DNA of 64,000 nucleotides from an uncultured Bdellovibrionales bacterium (GTDB taxonomy: Bacteria; Patescibacteriota; Minisyncoccia; Moranbacterales; UBA1568), in NCBI GenBank assembly GCA_964444815.1, contig CAYUIR010000001.1, positions 4,520 to 68,519 of the forward strand. The letters are read 5' to 3'. This document shows, in pieces, positions 47,590 through 57,057 of this stretch. Position 1 is the first letter of the stretch, and each line of letters begins with the position of its first letter. The notes under the pieces are model-generated. The model saw nothing but the letters and a program-made list of their open reading frames with translations, ran no database searches and had not been told where the DNA came from. Both the position numbers and the translations under genes were made by a program.

Positions 47590-48339
47590 CTAGTCTTTGG
47601 GAAATTGATACTCACCAGTCCAGTCATACCATTTGATCTTGAGAAGAGAGCCGAGCATATCTATCGAATCACCCAGCATACGAACATTGCTGTTTCGGAT
47701 ATCCTTTCGAATTCTGACCGGTAGGACAGCTACCGTCGCTTCAATTTTTTTGGCGAGAAAAAGCAATTCTGCGTCAAAGGCAAAGCGTTTAATGCGTGAC
47801 TGAGCAAAAAGCTTACAACCGACATCACGTCGGAAGAGCTTGAATCCACATTGTGTGTCGGAGTATTCAAAGTTACCTAAGAGGAGCATTTGTAACACAT
47901 AAAATCCACGAGCGAGAAGAGTACGATACCACGGCGATGCCTCTTCGAAGCGAGCACCTGGCACCAAGCGTGACGCTATAGCGATGTCACTGATTTTGAT
48001 GGCAGACATGAAGTAATCCAGTTCTTCGATTGGAATCGTCAGGTCAGCATCTATGTAAAGTATTGGATCGTAGCGAGAGGCGAGTACGCCCTCTTTGACA
48101 GCGGCTCCCTTGCCTTGATTATGTTTGAAAGAGATTAACTTGAGAGGCATCGTCGGATTACTCCTACCTAATGCATGAACCTTGGTAGGTGTGTCATCCG
48201 GACTCCCATCTGTGACGATAATGATCTCAAATCGTTCGAAATGATCTGTGAGGTAGGAAGCGACCGAATGGATGCTATCTTCGATGACCGCAGATTCTCT
48301 GTAGCAGGGGATAATGACGGATATTTCGGGGTATTTCAT
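47590..48339 (-). CDS. GT2 glycosyltransferase
   Basis: ISVIIPCYRE, IVTDGSPDDT and IDADL motifs. Confidence 0.8.
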   Translation of the reverse strand: MKYPEISVIIPCYRESAVIEDSIHSVASYLTDHFERFEIIIVTDGSPDDTPTKVHALGRSNPTMPLKLISFKHNQGKGAAVKEGVLASRYDPILYIDADLTIPIEELDYFMSAIKISDIAIASRLVPGARFEEASPWYRTLLARGFYVLQMLLLGNFEYSDTQCGFKLFRRDVGCKLFAQSRIKRFAFDAELLFLAKKIEATVAVLPVRIRKDIRNSNVRMLGDSIDMLGSLLKIKWYDWTGEYQFPKD

Positions 48340-48421
48340 AAGGAGAAAATCGGTGTTTCAGACGTGTTACAATAAGTATAACAGCAATTTTTAACCTCAC
48401 AAAGTCTAATTTTATCGTTAT

Positions 48422-48450
48422 TTGGCAGATAATGGACTTTTTGATACTAT
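48422..48450 (+). promoter_or_regulatory. promoter TTGGCA, 17 nt spacer, TACTAT; predicts a leaderless or near-leaderless transcript
   Basis: The -10 element ends 0 nt before ATG 48451 and 6 nt before ATG 48457. The predicted start site falls at about 48457. Confidence 0.4.
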
Positions 48451-49398
48451 ATGCGTATGAACGAAAATACTCCTTATCTCTCGGTTGTTGTTCCTCTCTA
48501 CAATGAAGAGGGGAATGTGACGGAACTCCATCGCAAGATTTATGAGGCGGTCCAAAAAATTGGTCGGCCCTTTGAAATTATCTTTGTGGATGATGGTTCC
48601 AAGGACGGGACGCTCGCAGAGGCCAAGAGACTCTCTCCACTCAAGCTCATTGCGTTCCGCAAAAACTTTGGTCAGACGGCCGCCTTTGATGCGGGCTTCA
48701 AGGAGGCCAAAGGTGAGATAATCATCACGCTTGATGGTGACCTCCAGAATGACCCAGCGGATATCCCACTTCTCCTCGAAAAAATGGCCGAAGGGTACGA
48801 CGTTGTTTCCGGATGGCGTCATAAGCGTCAGGATCCATGGAGCAAAAAAATTCCTTCTCGCATTGCGAACGCGCTCCGCAAGGTGCTTATCCAAGACAAT
48901 ATCCATGACTCCGGGTGTAGCCTCAAGGCTTACAAACGGGAGTGTTTTAAGGACGTCGATCTCTTTGGTGAGATGCATCGCTTTATACCAGCCATTCTCG
49001 AGCTTGAAGGGTACAAGGTAGGCGAGGTCAAGGTATCACATCATCCCCGTGTCCACGGTGTGACCAAGTACAACTGGAAGCGTGGCTTCAAGGGCTTTGT
49101 TGATATGGTATCTATCTGGTTTTGGCGCAAGTACTCGCATCGACCGCTCCACCTTTTTGGAGCAACGGGCGTCGTTTTGTCAAGTCTCGGCGTAGCTATC
49201 CTCATCTGGATGCTCGTCGAAAAGCTCTACTTTGGGGCGTCACTTTCTGAGCGTATTTGGCCACTCATTGGTATCTTCTTTACCCTGGTCGGAGTACAGT
49301 TGTTTATTTCCGGGCTCCTTGCTGACATCTCAGTTCGCAACTACTACCAGGTGCGACATCGGATGAACTACAATGTGCGAGAAGTGCTTGAACAGTAG
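48451..49398 (+). CDS. GT2 polyprenyl-phosphate sugar synthase (ArnC/GtrB-like) with 2 C-terminal TM helices
   Basis: LSVVVPLYNEE, FVDDGSKDGT and LDGDLQND motifs. The true start is possibly 48457. Confidence 0.85.
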   Translation: MRMNENTPYLSVVVPLYNEEGNVTELHRKIYEAVQKIGRPFEIIFVDDGSKDGTLAEAKRLSPLKLIAFRKNFGQTAAFDAGFKEAKGEIIITLDGDLQNDPADIPLLLEKMAEGYDVVSGWRHKRQDPWSKKIPSRIANALRKVLIQDNIHDSGCSLKAYKRECFKDVDLFGEMHRFIPAILELEGYKVGEVKVSHHPRVHGVTKYNWKRGFKGFVDMVSIWFWRKYSHRPLHLFGATGVVLSSLGVAILIWMLVEKLYFGASLSERIWPLIGIFFTLVGVQLFISGLLADISVRNYYQVRHRMNYNVREVLEQ

Positions 49399-49420
49399 GT
49401 AAATCTCTAAAATTTCCGCT

Positions 49421-50731
49421 ATGAAGGTAACATTTTTGGGCACGGGATATGTAGGATTGGTTTCGGGGGCATGTTTGGCCGAGATTGGGCATGAGGTTAT
49501 CTGTGCTGATATCGACAAGAAGAAGATAGCTATGCTGAAGAAAGGCATTATTCCTATCTACGAAATTGGCCTCGAAGAAATTGTGGATCGGAATGTCAAA
49601 GAGGGTAGACTCACCTTTACTACCGATCTCAAGAAAGCGATCCAGGAGTCCGAAGTAGTTTTTATGGCGGTAGGGACCCCAGAAGACAAGGTGACTGGTC
49701 AAGCCGACCTCCAGTATGTGTTTGCGGTGGCGGAGACTTTTGGTAAGCATTTGAATGGCTATAAGCTCTTTGTCGACAAATCAACGGTGCCAGTTGGTAC
49801 CGCTGAAAGAGTAGAAGAAATCATCAAAAAAGCCTCAAAAGGGAAGCATCCATTTGAGGTCGTTTCCAACCCAGAATTTCTCCGTGAAGGAGCCGCGGTC
49901 AAGGACTTTCAGAACCCGGATCGAGTGGTGCTCGGAGTGAAGTCCGACAAAGCACGGAAGATGATGGAACAGATCTACCGTCCGATTGCGAGAAATGGTC
50001 GCCCGATTCTCTTCACGGATGTGCGGAGTGCCGAGATTATCAAGTACGCTGCCAACGCCTTTTTGGCCATGAAAATTACGTTTATCAATGAGGTAGCCAA
50101 CTTCTGTGATGTGGCTGGTGGGAATGTCAAAGAAGTGGCCAAGGGTCTCGGCTATGACAATCGTATCGGAGAGCGCTTCCTCTACGCTGGTATCGGCTAT
50201 GGTGGATCCTGCTTCCCGAAGGACGTGAAGGCGTTTATTGAGACGGGGCGTGAATACAACTCTCACTTTCATATCATCGAAACTGTGAGTGAAGTGAACC
50301 AGGCGCAGCGCATTAAGCCTTTCATAAAATTGAAGGAAGTACTTGGTGACAAACTTAAGGGGAAGACCATCGCGGTCTGGGGATTGGCCTTTAAGCCACG
50401 TACTGATGATACTCGTGAGGCACCTGGCATCGAAAATATCAAGCTCTTTCTGGAGGAAGGCTGTAAAGTGAAGGCCTTTGATCCGGTAGCGATGCCGAAT
50501 ACCAAGAAGCAACTACAGCACAAGAACCTGACCTATACCAAAAAAGCCCTCGATGCTCTGAAGGGTGCGGATATTCTCGTTATTGCGACAGAGTGGGATG
50601 AGTTCCGAGTCGTGAGCTATGCCGATTTGAAGAGACTTATGAAGGGGACGACTATCTACGATGGTCGCAATGTGCTTGAGCGCTCTGAGGCTGAAGCCCA
50701 CGGTTTTACCTATTACGGTATCGGGGTGTAA
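49421..50731 (+). CDS. ugd: UDP-glucose 6-dehydrogenase
   Basis: MKVTFLGTGYVGLV and the catalytic GYGGSCFPKDV motif. Confidence 0.9.
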   Translation: MKVTFLGTGYVGLVSGACLAEIGHEVICADIDKKKIAMLKKGIIPIYEIGLEEIVDRNVKEGRLTFTTDLKKAIQESEVVFMAVGTPEDKVTGQADLQYVFAVAETFGKHLNGYKLFVDKSTVPVGTAERVEEIIKKASKGKHPFEVVSNPEFLREGAAVKDFQNPDRVVLGVKSDKARKMMEQIYRPIARNGRPILFTDVRSAEIIKYAANAFLAMKITFINEVANFCDVAGGNVKEVAKGLGYDNRIGERFLYAGIGYGGSCFPKDVKAFIETGREYNSHFHIIETVSEVNQAQRIKPFIKLKEVLGDKLKGKTIAVWGLAFKPRTDDTREAPGIENIKLFLEEGCKVKAFDPVAMPNTKKQLQHKNLTYTKKALDALKGADILVIATEWDEFRVVSYADLKRLMKGTTIYDGRNVLERSEAEAHGFTYYGIGV

Positions 50732-50734
50732 AGT

Positions 50735-51895
50735 ATGAAAATTCTGTTTCTCAACTACGAGTATCCGCCGCTTGGGGGTGGGGCGGCCAATGCCACTGCT
50801 TGTATTCTCGAAGAATGGGTAACCGACGAGACACTCGAGGTGCATCTCGTGACTTCAAGTACGGGGAGCACGCTCGAGAAGACTACGCCTGGTGGTAGGG
50901 TGCACATTCATCGCTTGCCTATCGGCAAGAATGCCCACAATCTGCACCATCAGTCCATCAAAGACCTCCTCATGTATAGCCTGCGGGGCTGGTGGTATGC
51001 CCGTCGCCTCATCCGTGACCAAGCGGTGCCGTTTGATGCTACGCTTGCCTTTTTTGGGGTGCCCTGTGGCTTCATGGCGCTTCTTCTCCGATTCGAATTT
51101 GGTCTACCGTATATCGTAGCGCTCCGAGGATCAGATGTCCCCGGGTATAGCCTCAAGTATAATTGGCTTTATCCACTCATCCGTCCTATCATCCGGGTGA
51201 TTTGGTCACGAGCCATGGCAGTAGTCCCGAATAGCGTCGGACTCGCCGAGCTCGCCAGGCAAACAGCTCCCAAACAATCGTTTACCATTATCGAAAATGG
51301 AGTCGATATCAGACGCTTTGTGCCCGACACGAGTAAGCGTAGCCCCGATCAGTTTATCATCACTCCTGGAGCATCGCGTGTGACTGAACGAAAGGGACTC
51401 AATTTCCTCATTGAAGCGGTGGCACTCCTCACACCGAAGTATCCAACACTTCGTCTCAAGGTGATGGGTGATGGGAGTGCGCGACCAGCTCTCGAAGCAC
51501 TCGTGAAAGAGCGGGGTCTTGAAGGAAAGGTTGTCTTCTTGGGGCGTATCCCTCGCGAAGAGACCTCTGCCTACTATCAAGAAGCCTCGCTCTTTGTGCT
51601 CCCATCGCTCAATGAGGGGATGTCGAACGCTATGCTTGAAGCACTCGCTACGGGCCTCCCAATTATCGCGACACCAACTGGTGGCACGGCCGAGCTCGTG
51701 ACTGAGGGCAAGAATGGTACTGTGGTACCCGAGCAGTCCGTGACGGCGCTCGTCCAGGCTATTGAACCGTTTCTCCAGAGTCCTGAGCTCGTGACCGCGT
51801 ATGGGGCAGAAAGTCGCAAGCGGGCCGAAGCCCAAGGTTGGGATATCGTGGCGCACCGTTTTAAGCAAGCATTGGAATCAACGACCCCCTCGTAA
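50735..51895 (+). CDS. glycosyltransferase family 4
   Basis: MKILFLNYEYPPLGGGAA and NEGMSNAMLEALATGLPIIATPTGG. Confidence 0.85.
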   Translation: MKILFLNYEYPPLGGGAANATACILEEWVTDETLEVHLVTSSTGSTLEKTTPGGRVHIHRLPIGKNAHNLHHQSIKDLLMYSLRGWWYARRLIRDQAVPFDATLAFFGVPCGFMALLLRFEFGLPYIVALRGSDVPGYSLKYNWLYPLIRPIIRVIWSRAMAVVPNSVGLAELARQTAPKQSFTIIENGVDIRRFVPDTSKRSPDQFIITPGASRVTERKGLNFLIEAVALLTPKYPTLRLKVMGDGSARPALEALVKERGLEGKVVFLGRIPREETSAYYQEASLFVLPSLNEGMSNAMLEALATGLPIIATPTGGTAELVTEGKNGTVVPEQSVTALVQAIEPFLQSPELVTAYGAESRKRAEAQGWDIVAHRFKQALESTTPS

Positions 51896-51901
51896 TACGC
51901 T

Positions 51902-52837
51902 ATGAATAAGAACCTCCTAACGCTCGGGAAAGTGGCAGTGACGCTTGGGCTGGTCTACTGGCTTATTGTGCGGGTGGACTGGGTGGGGGTGCGCCATGAG
52001 CTCTCGGAAGTGTCCTACATGCTTCTTTTCCTCTACGTGGTGTTCCAGCTCACGGGGAACGTCATCTCGGCCCGTAAGTGGCAAATTATCGCTTCCTACA
52101 AGGAGCTCCATTTTAGTCTCAAGGAGGGATTCTTTACCTATCTCACCGGGGCTTTTATCAACAACTTTCTGCCATCAACCATCGGGGGCGATGCCTATCG
52201 GGGACTATGGCTCGCCAAGCGCTCCGGGGCGCGAGCGGCCGCGCTGTCGACGGTCGTGTTTGACCGATTTATTGGTCTCTGGACCACAGCCCTGTTGGCG
52301 CTCGTCTTTAGTTTTGTCCTCTGGTCGCATATCGCGACCAGTCTCCCGCTCCTCGTCACTCTCGTTGCACTCCTCGGGTTCTTGGTCGTAGATCTCGTGG
52401 TGACTTACCTCTACTGTCAGAGCTGGTTCCAGGGGTATGTGGCGCGGATTCCTTTCTTCAAACTGCGACGCTTTCTTGAGGAGATTATTTTTTATACCCA
52501 AAAGCACCTCTGGCTCCGGACCAGTCTCTGGTCGAGTCTCTTTGTCTTTGTGGGTCTCGGACTGTCGAACTACACGCTTTTTCATGCGCTCGGAAGCGAG
52601 ATCGCGTTTCTGCCGTTTTTTTCGGCTATCCTCCTTGTGGCGATCGTGTCCAATATCCCAATTTCTATCAACAACATCGGCATCAAGGAATGGGCTTATG
52701 TCACTTTTTTTGGTCTCATCGGAGTCTCTATCGAAACAGCCGTGACGGCAGCTCTCCTCTCCCGCTTTATCCAGATGTTTCTCTCGTTCATCGCTTTACC
52801 GCAGTACCTGAGTACCAGGAGGAACGAAGAAGAGTAA
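51902..52837 (+). CDS. flippase-like membrane protein (LPG-synthase-TM / UPF0104 family)
   Basis: 311 aa with about 8 TM helices. The conserved central region GAFINNFLPSTIGGDAYRGLWL is present. Confidence 0.55.
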   Translation: MNKNLLTLGKVAVTLGLVYWLIVRVDWVGVRHELSEVSYMLLFLYVVFQLTGNVISARKWQIIASYKELHFSLKEGFFTYLTGAFINNFLPSTIGGDAYRGLWLAKRSGARAAALSTVVFDRFIGLWTTALLALVFSFVLWSHIATSLPLLVTLVALLGFLVVDLVVTYLYCQSWFQGYVARIPFFKLRRFLEEIIFYTQKHLWLRTSLWSSLFVFVGLGLSNYTLFHALGSEIAFLPFFSAILLVAIVSNIPISINNIGIKEWAYVTFFGLIGVSIETAVTAALLSRFIQMFLSFIALPQYLSTRRNEEE

Positions 52838-52882
52838 TATGTGGTACAAAAAAGCAGACCGCCGGGTCTGCTTTCCTTTGTT

Positions 52883-55162
52883 TTAGTACGTTTCTTTGGG
52901 GTCAAAGGAGAAGACTTTGACGTAGTGCGAGGGTCGCTCGTTGATATTGATTTCGTAGACCGGGTTCTCACGGTCATAGTAGCGATCGAAGCGGATGATG
53001 CCCGGCTTGTTATTGGCGATGTCGCCTCCCATCATCTTGCCAGTGCGACTCTGGCGTCCGGCAGAAACGACGATGTAGTCGAGTCCACGCTCACGGAGGG
53101 TGAGGTAACTCTGACTGCTGGAGCAGCGTCCGACAAAGAATTTGCAGACCCCATCCTTGTCTGTCCAGACGAGCATGTCTTCGGCACCGGGGAGGGTGTT
53201 TAAGTAGGCAGCTGCCTCATAGCTCCCGGCGCCCATATCTTTGACATCAGTGTGGTAGCGCGCCGGGAGAAACGAAGAGGCGTAGGAGAGAGGGAAGGGC
53301 GTCGTGATGAGGGTGAGTGTACCGAGTACCACGAGGATGAGCGCGGTGCCCACAGGAGTCGGGGCGTTCCTCAGTTTGAAATAGTGGTGGCCATGGGCGA
53401 GGAGGTACTCGATCGTGATACCGGCGATGATCGCGGCGAGGGGGAAGAGAATAATCTGGTAGCGGACAATCGCGGCCACGTTATTTACTGTGGTGCCGAG
53501 GTAGTAGAGGAGGATAAAGATAATGAGGTAAAACGAGGTGCGGAGAGCATCGGATTCGCTCCAGTGTTTGCGGAAGAAGAGGAGTGGCGTGAGGAAGAGT
53601 GCCACAAAGACAATCGGCGCAACACCAAAGATAAATGGATAGAAGTTGGTGAGAAAGATGCCGATGAAGTCGCTCTGACCGGCGATGGTTTTGGGGGAAG
53701 AGAGGAGCTCAGAAAACGAGTAGAGGGGCATCCCTGACCAGGTGTTGCCGACGGTGAAGAGGAGAGCGAGGAGAAAGACGCCACCAATGAACCAGGCGAG
53801 GTACTGCTTGCCTCGGGCGAGAACCGAGAGGATGCCTGTGGTGAGGCGAGAGCGGTTCCACCATTGGTCAAGGAGAATGACGAGGAGGATGATACCAAAG
53901 AGCGGGGCGACTTTCTCAAAGGCCTGACTCAAGAGCGTGGAGGTAACGACCTTGTAGGGCTTGATCCATACCGCTGGAAAGAGGAGATAAAACGTGGTGA
54001 GCGCTGCAAAAGCGAGGAGGGCGAGATGCTTGAGAGAACGTTTGAGGTAGAGGGCAAAGGGGACGAGAGCGTACTTCGCGTGATAGAGGTACTCGAGAAA
54101 AATGAGACCAAGGAAGAAAACAAAGAGGATGTTTGAGACATACTTGGTGAGGAGAGCGAGACCGAGGAAGATGCCAGCAAAGATGAGATAGCGGTACGAA
54201 CCACGTTTTTGAAACACCAAGTAGGAGAGGAGAGAGAGCGGGGTAAAGAGCCAGAGGAGAGCGTCCGGATTGATGATTTTTGACATGCCGATCAAGATCG
54301 GGGAGGTAGCGATGAGGACATAGGAGAGGAGAGCGCTCCGCCTCCCGAGGAGTCGCTCGAGAAAAAAGTAAAAGAGTGGGAGAAGGAGCGTGATCACGAT
54401 GAGGAGCGGGAGACGATAAGCGAGATAAAAACTCTCGACGTCGTTCTTGAGACTGATGACTTCACCACCGACGTGGGCGGTTTTGTAGTCTTTGGTACCC
54501 TTAAACCAGAGTGCCGGTCCGGTAGCGAGGGCGACGGTGATACCGGGCTTGTCGCTAATATTGGTACCCTTCCAATCACGCTCCCCGATATTTTTCCAGT
54601 ATCGGGCGATGCGACCATCAAACCAGAGTGGTTCATCGACGGCAGCGAACTCGGTCAGACGATACATGCCGGTCGAAAAGAAAAGACCGGTAGCAAAGAG
54701 AACAACGAGAAGAGTAGGAAGCCCTTGGGCGCGCCACCAAGCTCGAGGTGTGAGCGCGTCACGATCTAGTTCCCGCTCGGCGCGTTCCCGACTGATAAAA
54801 ATAGCTGAAATGAGTATACCAGCCAAGATGACATAGAGACCGAGACCGATAAGGAAGATATAGTGAAAATTTTTGGATTCGGAGAGACCATAGGCCAAAA
54901 TAGTGGCACTAGGGAGCCACATGAGGAGGAGAGTAGTGCCAGTTTTTTCCGAAAAGAGTACCTCGCTGAAATACGCCACCGCGCCCAGGGAAAGAATGCC
55001 GAAAATAAGAAAGCCGATGTAAAATGGGGTGTTGGTTGTGCCAAAATCAAGGAGGGTCAGAAATTTGGTCTGAGGAGCAATAAAGAAGAGAGTGACGAGT
55101 GCTCCTAAAACTGTCAGTGCGGAGTAGAAGCGCTCCGCTTGACCCTCAAAAAATGTGCGCAT
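52883..55162 (-). CDS. GT-C glycosyltransferase (GT39/GT83, PMT/ArnT-like)
   Basis: 759 aa with about 13 TM helices. A first extracytoplasmic loop (AAVDEPLWFDGRIARYW) carries the DE motif, and the large C-terminal domain is soluble. Confidence 0.65.
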   Translation of the reverse strand: MRTFFEGQAERFYSALTVLGALVTLFFIAPQTKFLTLLDFGTTNTPFYIGFLIFGILSLGAVAYFSEVLFSEKTGTTLLLMWLPSATILAYGLSESKNFHYIFLIGLGLYVILAGILISAIFISRERAERELDRDALTPRAWWRAQGLPTLLVVLFATGLFFSTGMYRLTEFAAVDEPLWFDGRIARYWKNIGERDWKGTNISDKPGITVALATGPALWFKGTKDYKTAHVGGEVISLKNDVESFYLAYRLPLLIVITLLLPLFYFFLERLLGRRSALLSYVLIATSPILIGMSKIINPDALLWLFTPLSLLSYLVFQKRGSYRYLIFAGIFLGLALLTKYVSNILFVFFLGLIFLEYLYHAKYALVPFALYLKRSLKHLALLAFAALTTFYLLFPAVWIKPYKVVTSTLLSQAFEKVAPLFGIILLVILLDQWWNRSRLTTGILSVLARGKQYLAWFIGGVFLLALLFTVGNTWSGMPLYSFSELLSSPKTIAGQSDFIGIFLTNFYPFIFGVAPIVFVALFLTPLLFFRKHWSESDALRTSFYLIIFILLYYLGTTVNNVAAIVRYQIILFPLAAIIAGITIEYLLAHGHHYFKLRNAPTPVGTALILVVLGTLTLITTPFPLSYASSFLPARYHTDVKDMGAGSYEAAAYLNTLPGAEDMLVWTDKDGVCKFFVGRCSSSQSYLTLRERGLDYIVVSAGRQSRTGKMMGGDIANNKPGIIRFDRYYDRENPVYEININERPSHYVKVFSFDPKETY

Positions 55163-55245
55163 AGCGATGTTGCGAGACAGTTAAAAATATCGTAGAATAA
55201 AGGAAAGTTTACCCTCATCCTAGCGTAAAAAGTGAAAAAAAGGAA

Positions 55246-57042
55246 GTGTCTTCCCATCTCTCTCACAAGCGTGTCATTTTGCTTCTCCTCGTCATTATCG
55301 GCTTGGGATTTTTTCTCCGTGCGTATCACTTTTCCCCCTGGCTCCATTTTGAGCTCGATCAGGCGAGGGATGCACGCATCGTCGATGACGGGCTCCGAGG
55401 TGACTTCTTGGATCTGCCGCTTCTCGGTCCCAAGGCAGGAGGGACATCGCTACGGCTTCCTCCAGCGTTTTATTATCTGGAGTATGTGAGCGCCAGAGTC
55501 TTTGGCGGTACGCCGGCGGGGATAGCGACCCTTGGTATGCTCCTCTCGGTCGCGAGTATCGCGGTCTTTTTTCTCCTGTTACGCCGGTACTTTCCGGTAG
55601 GCATGAGTCTCGGACTGACGCTCCTCTTTGCCGTCTCGGAGTTTTTTGTCATGTATGGCCGTTTCGCCTGGAATCCCAACCTCATACCATTTTTTGTGCT
55701 CCTCGGTACGTACGCGCTCCTCCGAGCGGTTGATCATGAGACGTCACACCGGGGCAGATGGTTCGTCCTCTCGAGTGCGAGTATCGCGCTTGCCATGCAG
55801 TTTCACTTTTTGGCCTTTGTCTCATTACCAGTTATTGTTGGCCTCTTTCTTCTCATACGACGACCACACTTTTCACTCCGAGCTTGGGTAGGAGCGATCC
55901 TCGTGGCTCTTTTCCTCTTCTTTCCGATGTTTTTGAATGAATGGGAGACCAGTTTCGCCAATAGTCGAGCCTTTGTCTCAGCTGTGACCGAAAAGTCGAC
56001 CAAGAAAGATTATTCCTTGGCGGAGAAGGGCATCAAGGTATTTTCGGAGCATGCGCTCTACGGTCTCGTCGTGACGACGGGCTTTGAACGGGCGACCTTT
56101 CCCAAGATTGTGCTCGGGACTGATGAAGGGGAAGTGATCGGATGGGCTTGTGATGCTCGCTGTGACGCTGGCAAGTGGTATGGGGTTCTCTCGGTCGTTG
56201 TCCTTGGGCTCATGGTCCTGTCACTTGTGGTCCTCTGGTATCGTGAGACAATACAGAAGCACCGAGATTTCCTCCTCTTCGGGGCTCTCTGGTTTGGGGT
56301 GACGCTCCTTGTGTTTACGCCACTCGCCTATGATATGGTCCCGCGATTTTTCCTTCTCTCGGGCCCACTCTTCTTGGTGTTTCTAGGACTCCTCTTTGTC
56401 CTCTTGGGGCAGTGGTGTCATCGCAAACGACTCGTAATGAGCCTCTTTCTTGTGGTGATGGCATTCCTTGCCGTGAGTAATCTGGTGTCGCTCGCGGAGC
56501 GCTTTCAGGAGCTGTCGCTCGCGAGTACGATGGCAGTGGACAGTCCACCGGATCGCATCTTGAAGGAGCGGATCCGTGTGACTCTCGAACAACAGTATCA
56601 AATCATCGGTTTCCTCCAAAGTCGTTCGGAAGAAACGGGGTATCCGGTCTATATGTGGAGTGAGCCTCAGTACCGGCGGGCGCTCAAATACCTCTTGGAG
56701 CGGCAAGGGGTGCAAAATGCCGTACTCGGGATAGATGGTATCTACAAAGAAGGGGTGTACTATATGATTCTCCGCACCCAGTCTGATATCGAGGATGCAC
56801 TCAAGAAGTATCGAGCGAGTTATGATATTGGTACGACGACGTCCTTTGGGACGCTGGTCGCCATTGAGCTTTTCCCCAAACCTGAAGCCATACAAAAAGT
56901 GCGTCAGGATTTTTCGATTGTGAAGCCCAATGACTCGCAGGGCCTGCCGCGCTATACCTGGCGGGAATTCTTTGGGAGACAAGGGGCCTCATCAGCTGAA
57001 CCAGATGCTTCTGATGAAGAAAGTATCGATGGAGATAAATAA
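55246..57042 (+). CDS. GT-C glycosyltransferase (ArnT/PMT-like)
   Basis: 598 aa. Loop 1 reads HFELDQARDARIVDD, with about 11 TM helices and a C-terminal soluble domain. Confidence 0.6.
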   Translation: MSSHLSHKRVILLLLVIIGLGFFLRAYHFSPWLHFELDQARDARIVDDGLRGDFLDLPLLGPKAGGTSLRLPPAFYYLEYVSARVFGGTPAGIATLGMLLSVASIAVFFLLLRRYFPVGMSLGLTLLFAVSEFFVMYGRFAWNPNLIPFFVLLGTYALLRAVDHETSHRGRWFVLSSASIALAMQFHFLAFVSLPVIVGLFLLIRRPHFSLRAWVGAILVALFLFFPMFLNEWETSFANSRAFVSAVTEKSTKKDYSLAEKGIKVFSEHALYGLVVTTGFERATFPKIVLGTDEGEVIGWACDARCDAGKWYGVLSVVVLGLMVLSLVVLWYRETIQKHRDFLLFGALWFGVTLLVFTPLAYDMVPRFFLLSGPLFLVFLGLLFVLLGQWCHRKRLVMSLFLVVMAFLAVSNLVSLAERFQELSLASTMAVDSPPDRILKERIRVTLEQQYQIIGFLQSRSEETGYPVYMWSEPQYRRALKYLLERQGVQNAVLGIDGIYKEGVYYMILRTQSDIEDALKKYRASYDIGTTTSFGTLVAIELFPKPEAIQKVRQDFSIVKPNDSQGLPRYTWREFFGRQGASSAEPDASDEESIDGDK

Positions 57043-57057
57043 TTTGAATAGCGTTCT

